Below, piece after piece: positions 59,038-64,000 of a stretch of 64,000 nucleotides of DNA. A program made the position numbers and the translations under genes. Numbering within the stretch: position 1 is the stretch's first letter; each line of letters starts with the position of its first letter. The notes beneath the pieces were generated by a model that searched no databases, was not told the origin of the DNA, and saw nothing but the letters and a program-made list of their open reading frames with translations. This DNA is from a virus (taxonomy: Duplodnaviria > Caudoviricetes), in the IMG/VR virus record IMGVR_UViG_3300028886_000003, positions 64,001 to 128,000 of that record. One strand, 5' to 3'.

Positions 59038-59384
59038 TATTCAATCACTCCTTGATTCTTTAATTGCTTAATATAACTATCAACAGTACGAGGATTCAAA
59101 TTTAATTTATTAGCAATATCTTTTTTACTTAACCCTTGCTTAAGCAAATTAAAAGTCTGCCTAACACGAACATCACGATTCTGAGTAGGCACATCATCAA
59201 TACGAGATTTATTCCCCTCAGAAATATACCTCTGTATCTTACTTCTTGTTAAACCAGTAGTTTCAGAAATAACACGCAAACTATACCCTTTTTCCCATAA
59301 TTCATCAATATTATCCCAAAGAGTACCCTTCATCTTTTTATAATCTCTTCTTGCATTTTTAACTCTAGTTTCAAAATCTTCCAT
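59037..59384 (-). CDS. Tandem HTH (LuxR/sigma-r4-like) DNA-binding protein
   Basis: GYSLRVISETTGLTRSKIQRY; GLSKKDIANKLNLNPRTVDSY. Confidence 0.8.
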   Translation of the reverse strand: MEDFETRVKNARRDYKKMKGTLWDNIDELWEKGYSLRVISETTGLTRSKIQRYISEGNKSRIDDVPTQNRDVRVRQTFNLLKQGLSKKDIANKLNLNPRTVDSYIKQLKNQGVIE

Positions 59385-59514
59385 AATACAAACCTCATTT
59401 TTTAATTATTTTTCTAAAAAATATAAAGTAGGACATATGGAAAAAAACACAAGTATAAATAACTTTAAATACTAGAAAATATATATTTAATAAGTTTAGA
59501 TAAAGTGGACAAAA

Positions 59515-61377
59515 ATGGTAGAAAACAACGATACCTCACAACAAAACACAAACAATAATAATGATAATAATCAAGCAGATTCTAACCAACAAACCCCTAC
59601 ATCAAGTAGTGGTTGTATATACGATAAATATGGAAGAACACCTGATAAAAAGTATATATGTGGAATAGGTTTACCATCAGCAGGAGCAGACCAAGGTAGT
59701 GGATTTCAAAAATGTGTATTTGAAAACAAATGCCCACATTGTGGACACGATACATTAAAATGGGGATGGAACTTCGGTGGAAGTTTTGAAGGAGCATCAG
59801 AAGGTGGAACAGCAGAAGGACACTTCTTTTGTGTACAAGCCGATGGAGGATGTGATGCAGATTACAGCGCACAAGGCCATGAACACATAGATGGATCAAG
59901 CTATAATATGACAATGGTAAGCGGCCCTACAAAATCAACAAAAGAAGAAGCAGAACAATTAGTAGCTGGTCAATTACCTTGTGATGGAATCGGTGGAGGA
60001 ACAGCAGCAGGAAATAATGGTGGAGGCAGTGCTGTAAAAATACCCGACCTAACATTTTTTGGACTTATCAGACAAATATTAGGTGCAGTAGATGGAGTAT
60101 TCATAGTAGCCAACAATATGGCATTCTTACTATCTTTTAAACAATTTTTCACATACAGAGATCAATACGAAGATCTAATACCTGAACTCAAACCAGCAGA
60201 TATAGTAACAGATAGTATTGTACGTAACTGGACAACACAAGGATTATACAATTCTGTCGAAGTAACTTATGCAGATGGAATTGTCAAAATGCAACACGAT
60301 GCATTAGTTGAGGTATATGGAGAAAACATTTTTTACTATGAATTTCCAGAAGATGATGAAGAAACCGCGAAGGCAAAAGCAGATGCACTTTTATCAGCAC
60401 ATGTGCGAGATTATTCACTCGATCTTCAATTTAATTGCATCTATAATCCAAACATTACAGTCGGTTCATGGATAAAAATACCAAAAACATTATCAAAAGT
60501 AACAGGAGCAACCTCAAAAACAACAGGAGAAATGGCAGATGCCAAAAAAGATAAACCACGAAAAAGAAAAGGAGTAGATATTACAAATATTAATGAAGTT
60601 GTACAAGAAATCGATGATACATCAAAAACATTTCAAAAAATCACCACAGATGATGGAGAAGAATATGAAGTAGAAATAGAGAAAAAAGAATATGAAATTT
60701 ACTTTGTACAAGGATATAAACTCAAATGGACACCAAAAAAATCACCAATAATGAGTTTACATTTAAAATATGGACCTGACACACCTGAAGACCCAATTAA
60801 CGCAACAATAGGAACAGGGGGAGTACAATCAAGTGCAGGCGGTGGAGGAGGATATGGAAATGATTGCTTTTGGATTGGAGAAATTATGCCAAACAATAAT
60901 GCAGAAATTAATTCATCACATACTTTAACAGAGAGTGATTTACAAAAACCTGAATTCCAACCACAACCACAACATTACGCTCCAAGATGTAAAAAAGGAT
61001 CTAATTTAGATAAAGATATGCAAGGAAAAACACCACAAGAAGTACATAATGCAGTAAGAGGGAAATTTGGATATTGTTGGTATGCTGAATCAAGTGAATT
61101 ATGGCCATGTGTATCAGATATGTATGATCAAGCATGTGGAACAAATTGTGGAGATGGAGCAAGAATACTCAAATGTGCATTAGATGCAATTAATATAAAA
61201 GCATGGGGTATACACATTCATGGACATTATTTTAACGCTGCAGAAATAGATGGTAAAGTTGTAGCACTAGACGCAACAGGGTATTACAGTTATAGTAATA
61301 CAGCAGGATGGCCTGCTGGTCCAAAACCTGCAAAATGTTGTGAGCCAGGACAAGCAGATAAAGTAAGAATATTTTAG
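59515..61377 (+). CDS. Putative tail/baseplate hub protein with C-terminal transglutaminase-like (pseudomurein endopeptidase-type) domain
   Basis: N-terminal CPHC Cys domain; YNSVEVTY...VYGE...AKAKA..LL hub-like region; NCGD...GHY...LDATG Cys-His-Asp triad. Confidence 0.6.
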   Translation: MVENNDTSQQNTNNNNDNNQADSNQQTPTSSSGCIYDKYGRTPDKKYICGIGLPSAGADQGSGFQKCVFENKCPHCGHDTLKWGWNFGGSFEGASEGGTAEGHFFCVQADGGCDADYSAQGHEHIDGSSYNMTMVSGPTKSTKEEAEQLVAGQLPCDGIGGGTAAGNNGGGSAVKIPDLTFFGLIRQILGAVDGVFIVANNMAFLLSFKQFFTYRDQYEDLIPELKPADIVTDSIVRNWTTQGLYNSVEVTYADGIVKMQHDALVEVYGENIFYYEFPEDDEETAKAKADALLSAHVRDYSLDLQFNCIYNPNITVGSWIKIPKTLSKVTGATSKTTGEMADAKKDKPRKRKGVDITNINEVVQEIDDTSKTFQKITTDDGEEYEVEIEKKEYEIYFVQGYKLKWTPKKSPIMSLHLKYGPDTPEDPINATIGTGGVQSSAGGGGGYGNDCFWIGEIMPNNNAEINSSHTLTESDLQKPEFQPQPQHYAPRCKKGSNLDKDMQGKTPQEVHNAVRGKFGYCWYAESSELWPCVSDMYDQACGTNCGDGARILKCALDAINIKAWGIHIHGHYFNAAEIDGKVVALDATGYYSYSNTAGWPAGPKPAKCCEPGQADKVRIF

Positions 61378-61385
61378 GTGAAAAA

Positions 61386-62936
61386 ATGGAAGCAATGACA
61401 ATGGAAGAATTTATTTTTAAATGTAAAGACGATATTGTATTTTTTGCAGAAAATATGATTAGATCTGAAGATGGAGGGTTTTACACCTTAGAAGACCACC
61501 AAAAAGCAATGGTAACATCTAAAGAACCACAAGTAGTATATTTCTGTGGTAGACGTCTTGGTAAATCTTTTATGTTAGCAATTGAATGTATTCATAGAGC
61601 ATTATTCTTCCCATATCAGAGAGTTTTTGTTTTATCTCCTACAGAAACACAGGCAAAAGAATTGGCAGAAACAATATCCGGAATGATTGATAGATCAGCA
61701 GTAATCGAAAGAGATTTAATTACAAATAACGTAATGGAAAAGAAATTTAAAAATGGTTCACGTATAGTAATCAGAACTGGTGGAGGAAAAGGAAACGTAT
61801 CATCAGTAATCGGTTCAGGTGCTAACTTACTAATTATTGACGAGATTCAAGATGTTGATGATGGAATTATTAACAAAATTATCCCAGTTATGCGTGGACA
61901 AAAAGGAGATTCAAAATTTATCGTAGCAGGAACTCCAAGGGCAAAAGTAGGTTTTCTCTTTGAAGCTTTGCAAAATGCACCAAAAATATGGAATAATGGA
62001 ACATGGGAAGAATACCCTAATAATACTGGTAATTTTATTGTTTATAAAAAACAAACCGCATATTTAAATGATGAAGAAGAGGTTATAGCTTCCGGTACAC
62101 CACGTATTACAATAGATGAATTAAAGCAAGATTATAAAAATATTGGAGCAATTGACTTTAAACAAGAATATTGTCTTAAATTTATGTCAAGTGTTACAGA
62201 TGTATATCCTCTTGAATTACAGCAAAAAATTCTCTACGATGATGGTTTGAAAGATAGATTCAAATCAAATAAGTTATGTGTATATGGAGTTGATATGGGG
62301 CAAACAAGAAATAACACTGTAATCTATGTAGGAGAAGTCGGAGATGAGCATGACTCAATTGAAAGATCATTAGACATAAAATACAAATGGGAATTTCCTT
62401 TAGGCACAGACTATGGATATATTGAAGATTTTATAGTTGAAGAATTACCAAAACGCTTCCCTAATATACGAAGAGGAGTATTTGATGCAAGTGGTGTTGG
62501 TAAATCAGTTTATGAAAGAGTAGCAAAAAGAGTAAAAAAGACAACAAGACCCTACGAGGTAGAAGAATTTATATTTTCCGAAAGAACTAAAACAGATTTA
62601 GTTGAATTTGGTGTAAGTGCAATGACACAAGGTAAAGTAAAAGTAAAATGGTCAAAAAGATTACAAGAAGAAATGACAGGATATAAGAGAGAAAGATCCC
62701 AACACGATAATAAAAAATTTAAATACGAAAAAGGGTCGGGATCAGATGATTATATCGACGCAATGAATTTATGTATTTATAATATGGCATTAGGCTTAAA
62801 TTTTAAGCCCCCAATAATTGTTAGAAAAGTACCAAAAGCAATAAATAGAAAATTTGGTGATAAAAAATGGAGCAGACAAAACAAACGTCCACAAAAAGGC
62901 AAGAAAGTAATGAACATCCCAAGAAGAAGGTTATAA
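61386..62936 (+). CDS. terL: Terminase large subunit
   Basis: HQ, GRRLGKS Walker A, IIDE Walker B, GTP, FKQEY, GVDMG, DASGVG, DDYIDA. Confidence 0.93.
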   Translation: MEAMTMEEFIFKCKDDIVFFAENMIRSEDGGFYTLEDHQKAMVTSKEPQVVYFCGRRLGKSFMLAIECIHRALFFPYQRVFVLSPTETQAKELAETISGMIDRSAVIERDLITNNVMEKKFKNGSRIVIRTGGGKGNVSSVIGSGANLLIIDEIQDVDDGIINKIIPVMRGQKGDSKFIVAGTPRAKVGFLFEALQNAPKIWNNGTWEEYPNNTGNFIVYKKQTAYLNDEEEVIASGTPRITIDELKQDYKNIGAIDFKQEYCLKFMSSVTDVYPLELQQKILYDDGLKDRFKSNKLCVYGVDMGQTRNNTVIYVGEVGDEHDSIERSLDIKYKWEFPLGTDYGYIEDFIVEELPKRFPNIRRGVFDASGVGKSVYERVAKRVKKTTRPYEVEEFIFSERTKTDLVEFGVSAMTQGKVKVKWSKRLQEEMTGYKRERSQHDNKKFKYEKGSGSDDYIDAMNLCIYNMALGLNFKPPIIVRKVPKAINRKFGDKKWSRQNKRPQKGKKVMNIPRRRL

Positions 62937-64000
62937 AAAAGAAAGATTTAGTAATAAGTTCTAAAGGCAAAAATAGACCAATAGCTACTTTTGCTGGTGA
63001 TGTAAAAAAATACGAAGAACAAACATATTCTCAAAAATTTACTGCATATACAGACATATATGGATCACAAGATTTAGATTATGACTTAATTGACGGTCTT
63101 TATCATTCAACTATTCTTAATCGTGTATTAAGAAAAATTGCATCAGATGCTGTACCTGAAATGTTTAAACTACAAGTTGTAGATTCAGAAGGTAAAAGAA
63201 TTGAAGAAATTGAAGAAGCATGTGCAATATATACAGCAAGATTAAAAAGAAAGCATATAAAACAATTATATTTGCAAGCACTAAAATATGGAACATCATT
63301 CCTTTACATAGGTAAAAAAGAAGAAGATATGCTATCTAATTTATTTTTATTACATCCTAAAAACATGGAACCTATAATGGATGAAGGTGAAGGAGAAATT
63401 GAAGGATGGAAATACAGAGGAAAAGATGGAGATATAGAGATACCTGCTGAAGAAATCATACATTTTCCATATGATGCTGATATCGGAGAAGTATTTGGAA
63501 TGTCTTTTCTAGGAAGATTAGTGCAAACATTACATTTAATGCTCAATACAGAACTTAATTTAGCAGAAATTGTTGACAAATTTGCACTTCCAATTTTACA
63601 ATGGTTAATTGAAGTAGGAGATGATGAAGAATTACAAGAAGAAGAATTACAAGGAATTGTTGATTCATTAGAAAATCAATTAGAATATTCTAACGATGTT
63701 GTTACAACAAATAGAATAACTACCGATACTATTGGTTTTGCACAAAGTCAATATGATATGGTCCCTGTATTACAATCAATAAAAGAATCATTTGGTCTTT
63801 TAACCTTCCCTATGTCATTAATTGGTGGAAAAGCTGATAACTTATCTGCAATTAAAACACAAGCAGCGCAATATATAAATGACCTAAAAGATTTACAAAT
63901 GGACCTAAGTGATATTTTAATAGAACAATTATATGAGCCTTTTATTGAGCAAGAACTTAATAAGATACCAGGGCAAGATTATGCTAATATTTATTTAATT
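62867..64000 (+). CDS. Portal protein; runs off window
   Basis: GGTGA RBS; open frame MEQTKQ...ALKYGTSF...LHPKNM...IPAEEIIHF...FGMSFL, directly after terL. Confidence 0.85.
   Translation, partial: MEQTKQTSTKRQESNEHPKKKVIKKKDLVISSKGKNRPIATFAGDVKKYEEQTYSQKFTAYTDIYGSQDLDYDLIDGLYHSTILNRVLRKIASDAVPEMFKLQVVDSEGKRIEEIEEACAIYTARLKRKHIKQLYLQALKYGTSFLYIGKKEEDMLSNLFLLHPKNMEPIMDEGEGEIEGWKYRGKDGDIEIPAEEIIHFPYDADIGEVFGMSFLGRLVQTLHLMLNTELNLAEIVDKFALPILQWLIEVGDDEELQEEELQGIVDSLENQLEYSNDVVTTNRITTDTIGFAQSQYDMVPVLQSIKESFGLLTFPMSLIGGKADNLSAIKTQAAQYINDLKDLQMDLSDILIEQLYEPFIEQELNKIPGQDYANIYLI

Noticed and set aside
750-63579. Numerous short antisense or out-of-frame ORFs in the track (e.g. 750..977, 14130..14462, 24213..24551, 55009..55341, 59597..59914, 63304..63579)
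   Set aside because: Shadow frames of well-supported genes, with biased composition
1-64000. Canonical TIGR array or CRISPR array
   Set aside because: No regular 36-nt dual-repeat or repeat-spacer periodicity found by eye in this window

Overview
AT-rich, gene-dense segment of a large tailed dsDNA virus (Caudoviricetes) that I infer infects a methanogenic archaeon, probably Methanobacteriales (Methanobrevibacter-like). The host call rests on TATA/BRE promoters, GGTGA/GAGGTGA ribosome-binding sites, a tRNA-Thr with a bulge-helix-bulge intron, a C1-G72 short-arm tRNA-Tyr, an archaeal-type NrdD and a transglutaminase-like (pseudomurein peptidase-type) domain. Layout: (1-14.7 kb, minus) nucleotide metabolism and replication, with NrdD, dCTP deaminase/dUTPase, an IS110/Nop-domain-only protein, ERCC4 nuclease, two C5 methyltransferases, AEP primase, Cas4-like nuclease, AAA ATPase and a bacterial-type family C DNA polymerase (DnaE) apparently split over three genes; (16-19.1 kb) seven tRNAs and one atypical tRNA-like gene around a DUF2828/TROVE-vWA gene that is preceded by three ACAGCAA hairpin repeats; (19-38.5 kb) many small genes, including a large shuffled 'MTEKRF...ENEQLK' paralog array; (38.7-41 kb) SF3 helicase, RHH protein and a G-rich putative origin; (42.6-44.3 kb) a non-coding region with four tandem promoters and repeated hairpins; (44.5-56.3 kb) a probable early-gene block with repeated small pseudoknots and a double-pseudoknot element; (59.5-64 kb, plus) a virion peptidase, the terminase large subunit and the portal. 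All calls come from reading motifs by eye; no database searches were run.
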